In this document: one piece after another, positions 1 to 8,511 of the stretch
How the letters are laid out: the number at the start of each line of letters is the position of its first letter
How positions within the stretch are numbered: the stretch's first letter is position 1
IMG/VR virus record: IMGVR_UViG_3300036900_000036
Location: 1 to 29,459 of that record
DNA length: 29,459 nucleotides
Direction: 5' to 3' (one strand)
DNA from: a virus
Lineage: Duplodnaviria; Caudoviricetes
Notes under the pieces: generated by a model
Seen by the model: the letters and a program-made list of their open reading frames with translations, nothing else
What the model was told of the DNA's origin: nothing
The model's database searches: none
Position numbers and translations under genes: made by a program

Positions 1-318
1 TCGCTGATCCGCGCGTATGCGGACGGCTTGCCCGGCGGCCTGTGGTCGTTCCTGCTGGCCTCGAGCATTGCCGGCGGCCTGCATTTCTGGGTCCGCACCT
101 GGTCGGGCAAGAGCCTGACGATGGAACTGGCCACCATCATGGCGGGCATCGGCGTGTGCAACCTGCTGGCCTGGCGGTCCGGCGCCGCGCAGCACGTATC
201 CGCCGCGCTGGTCGGACTGCTGGCGGGAATGGTCGGACTGTTCGTGTCGAAAGCTGCGGTCGGGTGGCGGTTCCGGCGCGGGGCAAAGTGTCCCAGCGAC
301 GCGGAGGACCGGCCATGA
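1..318 (+). CDS. Membrane protein, 5'-truncated (holin-like by position)
   Basis: Frame is open from base 1 (SLIRAYADGLPGGLWSFLL...). About three hydrophobic segments and a basic C-tail (WRFRRGAK). Its stop overlaps the spanin start (ATGA at 315-318). Confidence 0.5.
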   Translation, partial: SLIRAYADGLPGGLWSFLLASSIAGGLHFWVRTWSGKSLTMELATIMAGIGVCNLLAWRSGAAQHVSAALVGLLAGMVGLFVSKAAVGWRFRRGAKCPSDAEDRP

Positions 319-689
319 CCGCGCGGCTGTGGGGCATCATCGGTGGGCTGGTCGTGCTGCTGGCGATCGTGGGCGGCATCTACGGCAAGGGCCGGAGCGA
401 CGGCCGGGAGGCCGAGGGCAAGGAGGTCGCGGCTGCCGTGGCCAAGAAGGACGCCGCGCTGCAGCGTGCCGCCGCTGCCCTGCGCGTGTCGGCCGTCCGG
501 TTCCGGGAGATCGACGCCGCGACCGCCGAGCGGATGCAGGCTGCCCGGGAGCAGCTGTTCCGGACCGAGGCTGCTGTGGCCGCCGCTGCATCGGAGCGTA
601 ACGATCTGTATCGCAAGCTGCGCGATATCAACGACGCCCGCGACGAGTCCCCGTGCGTGGGCATGCCTGTCGGAGTGCCACTGCGATGA
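315..689 (+). CDS. Inner-membrane spanin (Rz-like), 124 aa
   Basis: MTARLWGIIGGLVVLLAIVGGIYGKG N-terminal TM, then an Ala-rich coiled coil and a C-terminal Cys (SPCVG). Directly upstream of a lipoprotein. True start taken as ATG 315, not 42. Confidence 0.7.
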   Translation: MTARLWGIIGGLVVLLAIVGGIYGKGRSDGREAEGKEVAAAVAKKDAALQRAAAALRVSAVRFREIDAATAERMQAAREQLFRTEAAVAAAASERNDLYRKLRDINDARDESPCVGMPVGVPLR

Positions 690-967
690 ACCGCACCCTG
701 TCCCGTTCCACGTGGAGCCTGGCCGCTGTCCTGCTGCTGGCGGCCTGCCAGTCCGACGAAGGCCTGCAGGTGCCCGACCCCCCGAAGATCGTCCGGGTGG
801 AGGTCGAGAAGCTGGTGGCCGTGCCCGAGGAACTGACCCGGGACTGCGGCGACGAGAAGCCGCGGGAGCAGTCCTATGGCGAGGCGCTGCGACTGGCCAA
901 TGCCCGAGGCGCGTACCTGGACGAATGCACCGCGCGCATGCGCAAGATCCGCGGCCTCGCGCCGTAA
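686..967 (+). CDS. Outer-membrane spanin lipoprotein (Rz1-like), 93 aa
   Basis: Signal peptide with lipobox LLLAAC, Pro-rich segment (VPDPPK, VPEELTRDC) and two further Cys. ATGA-coupled to the i-spanin. Confidence 0.75.
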   Translation: MNRTLSRSTWSLAAVLLLAACQSDEGLQVPDPPKIVRVEVEKLVAVPEELTRDCGDEKPREQSYGEALRLANARGAYLDECTARMRKIRGLAP

Positions 968-982
968 CGAAGGGAGTTCCCC

Positions 983-1327
983 GTGAAACATTCATTCCTC
1001 GCAACGATCGCCTACGGCTTTATGGCCCTGGCGATGGTGTTCATGGCCAATCTGGCCGGCTGGATGGCCACGGGCGCCCTCGCCCACGCTGTCGGGGTGG
1101 CGCTGGCCATAGCGGCCACTGGCTTCGCCTACCTGGCGCAACACTACTTCACGACGGCCGCCTGCGCGCAGGAGTCGATCGAGGCGCGGCTATGGATGCG
1201 CTCGGGCGAGGATCCCCGCCCCGAGATGGCTGCAACTGCGTCCAAGCGGGGCGGAGGCTGGCAGGTGGCATCCGTCGCCTTCGCCACGTTCGCCGCCTGC
1301 ATGTTCCTGCTGGGTGCGCTGTCGTGA
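983..1327 (+). CDS. Hypothetical membrane protein (about 3 TM), 114 aa
   Basis: RBS AAGGGAG before GTG 983. Three hydrophobic stretches. Confidence 0.6.
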   Translation: MKHSFLATIAYGFMALAMVFMANLAGWMATGALAHAVGVALAIAATGFAYLAQHYFTTAACAQESIEARLWMRSGEDPRPEMAATASKRGGGWQVASVAFATFAACMFLLGALS

Positions 1328-1476
1328 TCCGCCGCATCGCCACTGGCGCCACCATCGCCCTGTCCTGCCTGTACCTAGGACTGGCCGTCATCCCCGCCGA
1401 GATGGGCTTCGCTGTCGCCACCATCGGCACCATCGCTGGCTTCCAGATGGCCAGGCGTCCCGTAGAGGTGAGGTAA
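1324..1476 (+). CDS. Small hydrophobic protein, 50 aa (MIRRIATGATIALSCLYLGLAVIPAEMGFAVATIGTIAGFQMARRPVEVR)
   Basis: GTGA overlap with the upstream stop and TAATG overlap with TerS. Fills the gap exactly. Two hydrophobic segments. Confidence 0.55.
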   Translation: MIRRIATGATIALSCLYLGLAVIPAEMGFAVATIGTIAGFQMARRPVEVR

Positions 1477-1946
1477 TGGCCCCGCCGTCCATTTTCTCGC
1501 AGGAACTGGCCGACACCATTTGCGAGAGGCTTATGGATGGGGAGTCCCTGCGCGCTATCTGTGACAGCGAGGGAATGCCGCGCCGCACAACGGTCCTGCG
1601 CTGGCTGGCCGCCAATGAGGCCTTCCGTGCCCAGTACGCGCATGCGCGCGAGGAGCAGGCCGAGGCCCTGGCCGACGAGATCGTGGAGATCGCCGACGAG
1701 CAATGCACGATGGTGCGAGCCGCCAAGCACGGCGGCAGCAAGGCGGACGACGACGAGGATCTGGTCGAGGTGGTGTTCGATCCCACGGCCGTGGCGCGCA
1801 ACAGGCTCCGCATGGACGCTCGAAAGTGGGTGGCGGCCAAGCTGAAACCCAAGAAGTACGGTGACCGCGTGGACGTGACGGCCTCGGTGACGCTGGAATC
1901 TCTGGTGTCGGCGAGCATGGGCAAGCCGGCCGAGGGCGGGGAATGA
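1476..1946 (+). CDS. terS: Terminase small subunit (Sf6 gp1-like), 156 aa
   Basis: PSIFSQELADTICERLMDGESLRAIC...MP...TVLRWL...F..QYAHARE and RLRMDARKWVAAKLKPKKYGD motifs. RBS GAGGTG upstream of ATG 1476. Confidence 0.85.
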   Translation: MAPPSIFSQELADTICERLMDGESLRAICDSEGMPRRTTVLRWLAANEAFRAQYAHAREEQAEALADEIVEIADEQCTMVRAAKHGGSKADDDEDLVEVVFDPTAVARNRLRMDARKWVAAKLKPKKYGDRVDVTASVTLESLVSASMGKPAEGGE

Positions 1947-2104
1947 CGGAGCGCAAGCGGTCCCAGGTGCAGGTGAAGGTCCGGCTGCCGGTGGGCGTGA
2001 AGGCGCAGCTGGACGCGCAGGCGAAGGCGGCCGGGGTGTCGCTGTCCACCATCATCCAGCTGGCGCTGGACCAGGCGCTGGGCCGCTGGAAGGCGCCGGC
2101 ATGA
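1943..2104 (+). CDS. Arc/ribbon-helix-helix DNA-binding protein, 53 aa (absent from ORF track)
   Basis: Hand translation gives MTERKRSQVQVKVRLPVGVKAQLDAQAKAAGVSLSTIIQLALDQALGRWKAPA: alternating beta strand + RLP, helix, G-x-S turn, helix. ATGA overlaps at both ends. Confidence 0.75.
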   Translation: MTERKRSQVQVKVRLPVGVKAQLDAQAKAAGVSLSTIIQLALDQALGRWKAPA

Positions 2105-2493
2105 AGCCTGTCGAACTGCCGTGGCCGCACCGCGACCTGCATCCGAATGCCCGGGTTCACTGGGGGATCCGCAGCCGGGTGGCCAAGTCCGCGAAGGCGA
2201 CGGCGCACCTGCTGGCCCGGCAAGCTGGCTGGAACGGCGGCGCGCTGCCCGAGGGGCGGATCCACGTCTGGATCGACGCATACCCGCCGGACCGCCGGCG
2301 CCGGGACACTGACGGCATGCTGTCCTCCCTGAAATGGGCGCTGGACGGCCTGGCCGAGGCCTTGGGCGTGGATGACCGCCGGTTCGTGCCGCACCCCTTC
2401 CTGCACGATGAACCCGTGAAAGGCGGCATGGTCCGGGTCCAGATCAGGACTCTGGATCAAGAAAATGCCAAGTCCCTCGGGGGCGAGTCCTGA
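2101..2493 (+). CDS. rusA: RusA-family Holliday junction resolvase, 130 aa
   Basis: LPWP..L.PN N-terminus and PPDRRRRDTDGMLSSLKWALDGLAEALGVDD, matching the RusA D-x-D-(N)...K...D...DD signature (N replaced by G). Confidence 0.8.
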   Translation: MKPVELPWPHRDLHPNARVHWGIRSRVAKSAKATAHLLARQAGWNGGALPEGRIHVWIDAYPPDRRRRDTDGMLSSLKWALDGLAEALGVDDRRFVPHPFLHDEPVKGGMVRVQIRTLDQENAKSLGGES

Positions 2494-2494
2494 A

Positions 2495-2572
2495 ATGGCC
2501 GAAATGCGCTGGCGCAGGGGCAATCCGCCGCGACCTGGTCGCTATGCGGTGACCCAGGGCGGGTGGCTGTGA
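2495..2572 (+). CDS. Possible 25-aa mini-ORF (MAEMRWRRGNPPRPGRYAVTQGGWL)
   Basis: Starts 2 nt after the rusA stop. Its TGA overlaps GTG 2569 in the TerL frame (GTGA). Confidence 0.35.
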   Translation: MAEMRWRRGNPPRPGRYAVTQGGWL

Positions 2573-4083
2573 GCGCGGCCGGCGCTATCGCGAAGTGGCG
2601 GGCCGATCCCGTCTCCTTCGTCCGGGACAACTTCCAGGTTGAGCCGGACCCGTGGCAGACCGACACCCTGTCCAGCTTGGGCGGCGATGCCAATCCGCGG
2701 CGCCGGCTGTGCATGAAGGCCTGCACCGGGCCGGGCAAGTCGGCCGTGCTGGCGTGGATCGGCTGGCACCGGCTGCTGTGCTTCGCGGCGAAGGGCGAGC
2801 ATCCCAAGGGCGCCGCGCTGTCGGTGACCGCGGACAACCTGAAAGACAACCTCTGGGCGGAACTGGCGAAGTGGCAGGCGCGCTCGCCCCTGCTGTCGGC
2901 CGCCTTCAAGTGGACGAAGGAACGGATCTATGCCGTCGACCATCCGGAAACCTGGTTTCTATCGGCCCGGTCCTACGCGAAGGACGCCGACGCCGAGGCC
3001 ATCGGCCGCGCGCTGTCGGGTCTGCATTCCCAGTTCCCGTTCGTGCTGCTGGACGAGACGGGCGAGATGCCGCTGGCCGTGGGCAAGACCGCGCAGCAGA
3101 TATTCACCGGCAACCCGATCGATGCGCTGATCGCGCAGGCCGGCAACCCGACCAGCACGACCGGCCTGCTGTACGACAGCTGCACCGTGGGCCGGGCCAA
3201 CTGGGTGGTGATCACCATCACGGCCGACCCGGACGACCCCAAGCGCACGCCGCGCGTGTCGACCGAGCATGCCCGGGAGATGATCGAGGCCTACGGCCGG
3301 GACAACCCGTGGGTGATGGCCACGATCCTGGGCCTGTTCCCGCCGTCCGGCCTGAATCAGCTACTGGGTCCGGATGACGTCGAGCGGGCCATGTCCCGCA
3401 TCCCGACCGATGACGGGTGGCGCGCGCTGGCGCGGATCGTGGGCGTGGACGTGGCCAGGTTCGGCGACGACGAGTCGGTCATTGCCCGGCGCAACGGCCA
3501 GGTGATGCTCCCGCTCGAGGTGCGCCGCAACGTGGACAGCATCCAGGGCGCGGGCTGGGCAGCACAGGCGGCGGTCGACTTCTTCGCCGGTGCCGAGGGC
3601 CATCGCCAGGTGCTGCGGGCCAAGGCCGATCGGATCTTCGTCGACGATACCGGCGGCTGGGGCGCGGGCTGGATCGACCAGCTGCGCGTGCTGGGCCATC
3701 CGGTGACGGGCGTCGGGTTCGCCGGCAAGGCGGACGATCCGCGCTACTTCAACAAGCGCAGCGAGATGCATTTCCGGCTGGCGGACGCGATCAAGACCGG
3801 CGGCCTGTGCCTGCCCAAGGATCCGCACCTGGCCCGGGAACTGGTCGTTCCCCTGTACTACTACCAGGGCGACCGGATGCGGGTCGAGGAGAAAGACCAG
3901 ATCAAGGCGCGGCTGGGCAAGTCCCCCGACCGTGCGGACGCCGCGGCGTTGACGTATGCTTTCCACGTCACGCCGGGTCCGCGCATCGAGGAACAGCCCA
4001 TGTCCGTGCGCCACGCGCTCGAAAGCATGGTGGCCGACTCCTACGGGTCGGGCGCCGGCGAGCCATACAATCCGATGGGGTGA
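2569..4083 (+). CDS. terL: Terminase large subunit
   Basis: Q-motif PDPWQ, Walker A ACTGPGKS, Walker B VLLDETGE, AGNP motif, RNase H-like nuclease GVDVARFGDDESV...SPDRADA. Start is GTG 2563 or 2569. Confidence 0.93.
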   Translation: MSAAGAIAKWRADPVSFVRDNFQVEPDPWQTDTLSSLGGDANPRRRLCMKACTGPGKSAVLAWIGWHRLLCFAAKGEHPKGAALSVTADNLKDNLWAELAKWQARSPLLSAAFKWTKERIYAVDHPETWFLSARSYAKDADAEAIGRALSGLHSQFPFVLLDETGEMPLAVGKTAQQIFTGNPIDALIAQAGNPTSTTGLLYDSCTVGRANWVVITITADPDDPKRTPRVSTEHAREMIEAYGRDNPWVMATILGLFPPSGLNQLLGPDDVERAMSRIPTDDGWRALARIVGVDVARFGDDESVIARRNGQVMLPLEVRRNVDSIQGAGWAAQAAVDFFAGAEGHRQVLRAKADRIFVDDTGGWGAGWIDQLRVLGHPVTGVGFAGKADDPRYFNKRSEMHFRLADAIKTGGLCLPKDPHLARELVVPLYYYQGDRMRVEEKDQIKARLGKSPDRADAAALTYAFHVTPGPRIEEQPMSVRHALESMVADSYGSGAGEPYNPMG

Positions 4084-4089
4084 TCCGCG

Positions 4090-4290
4090 ATGTGTACCAG
4101 CAAGCCGAAGATGCCCGCACCTGTAGCATCCGCCCCGAGGGTGGAGCCGGTATCGATCGATGACGCGGCGGTGGAGGAGCGCGACCGGGAGCGGAAGCGC
4201 CAGCGCGCGCGGTTCGGCCGGCAGGCGACGATCCTGGTGGGCAACAGCGCGCCGGTGGCCGGGCCGGTCAAGACGGCGCTCGGATCGTGA
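4090..4290 (+). CDS. Small virion-associated protein, 66 aa
   Basis: MCTSKPKMPAP...R-rich...TIL...KTALGS pattern typical of the small gene preceding the portal in this podovirus group. Confidence 0.65.
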   Translation: MCTSKPKMPAPVASAPRVEPVSIDDAAVEERDRERKRQRARFGRQATILVGNSAPVAGPVKTALGS

Positions 4291-4342
4291 GGGCCTTCAC
4301 GCGGCACCCTCTCGCCGCGGCGATCCACGCCGTCCTGTATCC

Positions 4343-4586
4343 GGAGCCTGACCATGATCACTGTCACGTTGACGCCGATGCCGCGCAGCACGACGCGGAG
4401 CCAGTATCGGGACGCCCGGCGCTATGCCCGGACGATGGAGCGCGCGCTGTGTCAGATCGTGGCGGGTGCGATGCCGCACCTGTTGGCCGCCGCTGACGAT
4501 GCGGTGCGATGGGGAAAGGGCGTTGTGAGCGTGGACGCCAGCGGCGTGCGCCGTATTCCTCCGGTTGTGAGCGAGGGAGCCTGACC
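4343..4586 (+). repeat. 11-bp direct repeat GGAGCCTGACC (4343-4353 and 4576-4586)
   Basis: Exact copies read from the sequence. Each contains the RBS of the next gene (ATG 4354, GTG 4588). Confidence 0.85.
4354..4584 (+). CDS. Hypothetical protein, 76 aa
   Basis: GGAG RBS 7 nt before ATG. Ends 3 nt before the portal start. Confidence 0.55.
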   Translation: MITVTLTPMPRSTTRSQYRDARRYARTMERALCQIVAGAMPHLLAAADDAVRWGKGVVSVDASGVRRIPPVVSEGA

Positions 4587-4587
4587 C

Positions 4588-6381
4588 GTGGAAAAGTCGA
4601 CCGCCGAGGCGAAACTGGCCGCTGCTGCTGGGGATGACCGGTTGAAGCTGCGGCAGTACGCCAGCCGGCGGCGGTCGCAGATGATCGCCAAGCGGGCGAA
4701 CTGGATCCCGGACTGGCAGCAGGTGTGCGACTACATCGACCCGTCCCGCGGCCAGTTCGGCACGCGGGCTGCAGCCGGCACCGAAAAGCCCAAGTCCAAG
4801 CGCACGAAGATCATCGACAGCACGGCGACCGTGTGCGTCCGGACCGCGGCCGCTGGCCTGTCCTCGCACATGACCAGCAAGTCGCGGCCGTGGTTCAAGC
4901 TGACCACGCCCAGCCCCGAGGTGGGCAAGATCCATGCTGTGAAGGTCTGGCTGGACGACGTGACGCGGATTGTCACCGACACCCTGGCGCGTTCGAACTT
5001 CTACAAGGCCATGCCGTCGCTCTACACCGACGACCTGTGCTTTGGCCTGGCAGCGATGATGATCCTGCCCAACGACGACGAGGTGGTGACCTTCCATCCG
5101 CTGGAACCGGGCACCTTCGCCATCGCGCTCAACGACGCGGGCAAGGTCGACAGCCTGTGGCGCACGTACACCAAGACCGCTCGCCAGCTGGTGGAAAAGT
5201 ACGGCGTCGACGGGCCTGGCGGCGAGAAGATCGCGGACGGTAGCAAGCTGCCCGATGCGGTGCAGAAGGCCTACAAGCAGAACCCGGACCAGGAGTTCAA
5301 CGTCGAATCCCTGTTCGAGCCGAATCCCGACGCCCGCAGCGGCATGGGCCCGCTGCGCGTGCAGGCGGTGCAGCATCGGCCCTGGCGCGAGGTCGTCTGG
5401 ATCGAGGGAACCGCGGCCGACCGGCACGGAATCATGGAGGTGGGCGGCCACTACGAGGCGCCGTTCGTCTGCATCCGGTTCAACCCGGTGGGCGATGCGG
5501 TGTATTCGACCGCACCGGCCATCGACGCGCTGGGCGACATCAAGTCCCTGCAGTACTGGCAGGGGCAGAAGATGCGCCTGCTGGACCTGCTGGCCGAGCC
5601 GCCGCTGTCCATCCCCGACAGCATGCGCAACCTGGGCGCCAGCGTGGCGCCGCGCGCGCGCAACTACCTGCCGCAGAGCCAAGTCGGGACGGAGATCGCC
5701 GCCACCTATTCGCCCGACCCCCGCGCGCTCATGGCCGCGAAGGAGGAGTGCGAGGAGATCCGCGACCGGCTGCGGCAAGCGTTCTTCTTCAACCTGTTCC
5801 TCATGCTCGAGTCGCTGGGCGACCAGACCGGCCGCACCGCGACCGAGATCGCCGAGCGCAAGGACGAAAAGGCGTCCGTGCTGGGGCCGACGCTCGAGAT
5901 CGTGACCGACGAAGGCCTGGACCCGACCGTGGTCCGGGTGTACCGCTTGCTCGAGCGTGCCGGCCGGATCCCGCCGGCGCCCGAGGCGCTGGCCAACGAA
6001 CCGGTGCGGATCGAATACACCTCCATCCTGGCGCAGGCCATGAAGGCGGCGGGCCTGTCGAGCATCGAGCGCACCGCGGCGTTCGTGACCAACATGGCGG
6101 CCGCGTACCCCGAGGCGCTGGACAACTTCGATCCGGATGCGGCGGTCGAGGACTACGCCGAGCGGGCGGGCGCTCCGGCGCGCATGCTGCGCGGCGAGGA
6201 GCAGCGGACCGAGATCCGCCAGGGCAGGGCGCAGCAGCAGCAGCAGCAGATGGCGCTGGCCGCGGCCAAGCCCGTCGCCGATGCGGCGCAGGCGGTCCAG
6301 ACCCTCAACGAAGCGGTGCCGGTGCCCGGTAGCATGGGCGATCAGCTGGCGCAGCAGATGGCAGGAGGCGCGGCCGTATGA
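4588..6381 (+). CDS. Portal (head-to-tail connector) protein, 597 aa
   Basis: IIDSTA...LSSHMTSKSRPWF, SNFY, FG, YSTAPAIDALGDIKSLQ, RTATEIAERKDEK...LGP and IEYTSILAQA motifs of T7/BPP-1-type portals, with a Gln-rich C-tail. Confidence 0.92.
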   Translation: MEKSTAEAKLAAAAGDDRLKLRQYASRRRSQMIAKRANWIPDWQQVCDYIDPSRGQFGTRAAAGTEKPKSKRTKIIDSTATVCVRTAAAGLSSHMTSKSRPWFKLTTPSPEVGKIHAVKVWLDDVTRIVTDTLARSNFYKAMPSLYTDDLCFGLAAMMILPNDDEVVTFHPLEPGTFAIALNDAGKVDSLWRTYTKTARQLVEKYGVDGPGGEKIADGSKLPDAVQKAYKQNPDQEFNVESLFEPNPDARSGMGPLRVQAVQHRPWREVVWIEGTAADRHGIMEVGGHYEAPFVCIRFNPVGDAVYSTAPAIDALGDIKSLQYWQGQKMRLLDLLAEPPLSIPDSMRNLGASVAPRARNYLPQSQVGTEIAATYSPDPRALMAAKEECEEIRDRLRQAFFFNLFLMLESLGDQTGRTATEIAERKDEKASVLGPTLEIVTDEGLDPTVVRVYRLLERAGRIPPAPEALANEPVRIEYTSILAQAMKAAGLSSIERTAAFVTNMAAAYPEALDNFDPDAAVEDYAERAGAPARMLRGEEQRTEIRQGRAQQQQQQMALAAAKPVADAAQAVQTLNEAVPVPGSMGDQLAQQMAGGAAV

Positions 6382-6731
6382 CCCGGCGCCCGCACCCCGC
6401 CGACCGCGACGCGATCAACGCCGAGCGGCGCAGCGACGACCTGCAGGCCACGCTGGACGCCAAGCAGTGGCGCGCTGACGTGCAGGCGGTGATGCGAACG
6501 GACGCCGGCCGGCGTATGGTATGGGCATTCACCCAGGCCTGCGGGCTGGACGCGACCGCCTTCAACACGAACGCGATGGCGCAGTCCTACCGCAACGGGC
6601 AGCAGGACTCGGCCCGGTGGTGGCTGGACCAGATCAGGACGCACTGTCCGGAGCAAGAAGCCCGGATGCGCGTCGAGAACACGAAGCCGCGGCAGCCCGC
6701 CCCGGCAGATGGTGACGACGATGACAACTGA
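6378..6731 (+). CDS. Bbp19-like phage protein, 117 aa
   Basis: VMRTDAGRRMVW...G...F.TNA....YRNGQQ pattern. Conserved position between portal and scaffold. Confidence 0.7.
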   Translation: MTRRPHPADRDAINAERRSDDLQATLDAKQWRADVQAVMRTDAGRRMVWAFTQACGLDATAFNTNAMAQSYRNGQQDSARWWLDQIRTHCPEQEARMRVENTKPRQPAPADGDDDDN

Positions 6732-7434
6732 CACGAGCACGGCCGCAGACCAGCAATCCAATCCTGGCAGCGGCGTGGATTCCACCAGTGCAGCGAAGCC
6801 GGACGGTGCCACTCCCCCCGTGGATGGGCAGGCGGAAGGTCAGGGCGAAGGTGGGGGTAAGACCGGCAGCGATGCCGGCGAGCAGGGCAAGACCGGCGAG
6901 GGCACCGAGGGCAAGACTGGCGACGGCCAGGCCAAGTCCGACGACGTTCCCCTGCAGGGCGCGCCCGAGGCGTATGCGGATTTCACCCTGCCCGAAGGCT
7001 ACCAGCTGGACGGCGAGCGGAAAGACGCGGCGTTGGCACTGTTCCGTGACCTGGACCTGTCGCAGGCGGGCGCGCAGCGGGCTGTCGACCATTTCGTCAA
7101 GACGATGGGCGACGACGACGCGGCACGCACGCAGATGATGGCCGAAGCGGTGGCGAAGCAGCGCGACGACTGGGGTACGGCAGCCAAGGCGGAACTGGGC
7201 GACAAGTACGACGCGACGGTGGCGAAGGCCACCACGGCCGTGCGCGCGCTCGAGAATCCCGAACTGATCAAGGCATTCGATGAACTCGGCTGGGGGAATC
7301 ACCCGCAGCTGATCAAGGCCTTTGCCTTCTTCGGCGAGATGATGGGCGACTCCAAGACGGACGGCATCGGGAATCCCGGTGCGGCCGCCAAGAAGCCCAA
7401 TCCGTGGGAAGCCATGTATCCCGACATGAAGTAA
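6721..7434 (+). CDS. Capsid scaffolding/assembly protein
   Basis: Acidic low-complexity N-terminus with GKTG x3, APEAYADFTLPEG, LSQAGAQ, GWGNHPQLIKAF and a C-terminal MYP motif. Directly before the capsid gene. Confidence 0.8.
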   Translation: MTTDTSTAADQQSNPGSGVDSTSAAKPDGATPPVDGQAEGQGEGGGKTGSDAGEQGKTGEGTEGKTGDGQAKSDDVPLQGAPEAYADFTLPEGYQLDGERKDAALALFRDLDLSQAGAQRAVDHFVKTMGDDDAARTQMMAEAVAKQRDDWGTAAKAELGDKYDATVAKATTAVRALENPELIKAFDELGWGNHPQLIKAFAFFGEMMGDSKTDGIGNPGAAAKKPNPWEAMYPDMK

Positions 7435-7470
7435 CAACCCCTTTCCCTGACACAAACCGGAGACACACAC

Positions 7471-8484
7471 ATGGCAGTCCTGCCGAATGGCCAGCCCACC
7501 CTGTTGGATGCGGCGGCCCTCACGACCGATTCCGGCGCCGCTGTTTCGGTGGCCGAAGTCCTGCACCAGACGAACCCCGGGTTCGACGACATCCCGATGG
7601 CCGAAGCCAACAGCACGACCGGGCACAAGGTCACCGCGCGCCAGAAGCTGCCGGAGTCCTACCTGCGCCGCATCAATCAGGGCATCAAGCCCTCGAAGTC
7701 CGGCTACGGCTCGATCCTCGAGGCGCCGGGCCTGTTCAACGCCCTGGGCCAGGTCGACGCCAAGCTGGTCGAACTCGCCGTCGACAAGGCGCGTTTCCGC
7801 TTCATGGAGAACAAGGGCCACATCGAGTCCCTGGGGCAGCGTTTCTTCCAGTCGCTGTTCTACGGCGACCCGAACGTGATCCCCGAGGACTTCATGGGCA
7901 TCGCCCCGCGCTACGCCAGCCTCGCGGCCAGCGACCGCACGGCGGTGCAGATCATCGACGCGGGCGGCACCGGCGCGGACCTGACGTCCATCTACCTGGT
8001 GGGCTGGGGCGAGGGGTCCGTGATGGGCTTCTACCCGAAGGGCACGCAGGCGGGCATCAAGCACACCCCGCTGCCGCAGGCCATGATCGACGACGGCGCC
8101 GGTGGCAAGTATCTGGGCTACGAGGACTGGTTCGATCTCAACGCCGGGCTGGCCGTGCAGGACTACCGCAACATCGTCCGCATCGCCAACATCGACGTGT
8201 CGGACCTGCAGGCGGGCACCCCGCACGGCGGCATCTCGGCTGGCGCGAACCTGGTCAACCTCATGACCGTGGCGCTCGAGCAGCTGAACAACCCGGACGG
8301 ACTGAACCCGGTGTTCTACGCGCCGCGGGTCATTTCGACGTATCTGCGCCTGCAGATCCAGAACAAGGCCAACGTCTGGCTGACCACGAAGGAAGTCGCG
8401 GGCAAGTCGGTGACGGCCTTCGACAACTTCACCGTGCGCCGGACCGACGCCATCGCCCTCAACGAAACCCGCGTGATCGCGTAA
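7471..8484 (+). CDS. Major capsid protein (BPP-1 Bbp17-like), 337 aa
   Basis: PTLLD, EVLHQTN, RRINQGIKPSKS, LFYGD, FMGIAPRY, TSIYLVGWG, DYRNIVRIANID and VRRTDAI..NE motifs. Strong GGAGA RBS and strongly biased codons. Confidence 0.9.
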   Translation: MAVLPNGQPTLLDAAALTTDSGAAVSVAEVLHQTNPGFDDIPMAEANSTTGHKVTARQKLPESYLRRINQGIKPSKSGYGSILEAPGLFNALGQVDAKLVELAVDKARFRFMENKGHIESLGQRFFQSLFYGDPNVIPEDFMGIAPRYASLAASDRTAVQIIDAGGTGADLTSIYLVGWGEGSVMGFYPKGTQAGIKHTPLPQAMIDDGAGGKYLGYEDWFDLNAGLAVQDYRNIVRIANIDVSDLQAGTPHGGISAGANLVNLMTVALEQLNNPDGLNPVFYAPRVISTYLRLQIQNKANVWLTTKEVAGKSVTAFDNFTVRRTDAIALNETRVIA

Positions 8485-8511
8485 GCGATCGTCCGGACAG
8501 GAGAAACGACA

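Noticed and set aside
42-1946. Track starts at 42, 343, 653 and 1314 for the spanins, small membrane ORF and TerS
   Set aside because: The upstream extensions overlap real genes and read as junk. Coupled starts at 315, 686, 1324 and 1476 fit better.
4287-4496. 69-aa alternative ORF overlapping the 4290 stop (GTGA)
   Set aside because: It conflicts with the 4354-4584 ORF, which has a better RBS and abuts the portal. Not fully excluded.
6232-6930. CAG run in the portal tail and GGCAAGAC(C/T)GGC repeats in the scaffold
   Set aside because: These encode ordinary low-complexity protein (poly-Gln, GKTG). They are not a CRISPR array or regulatory repeat.
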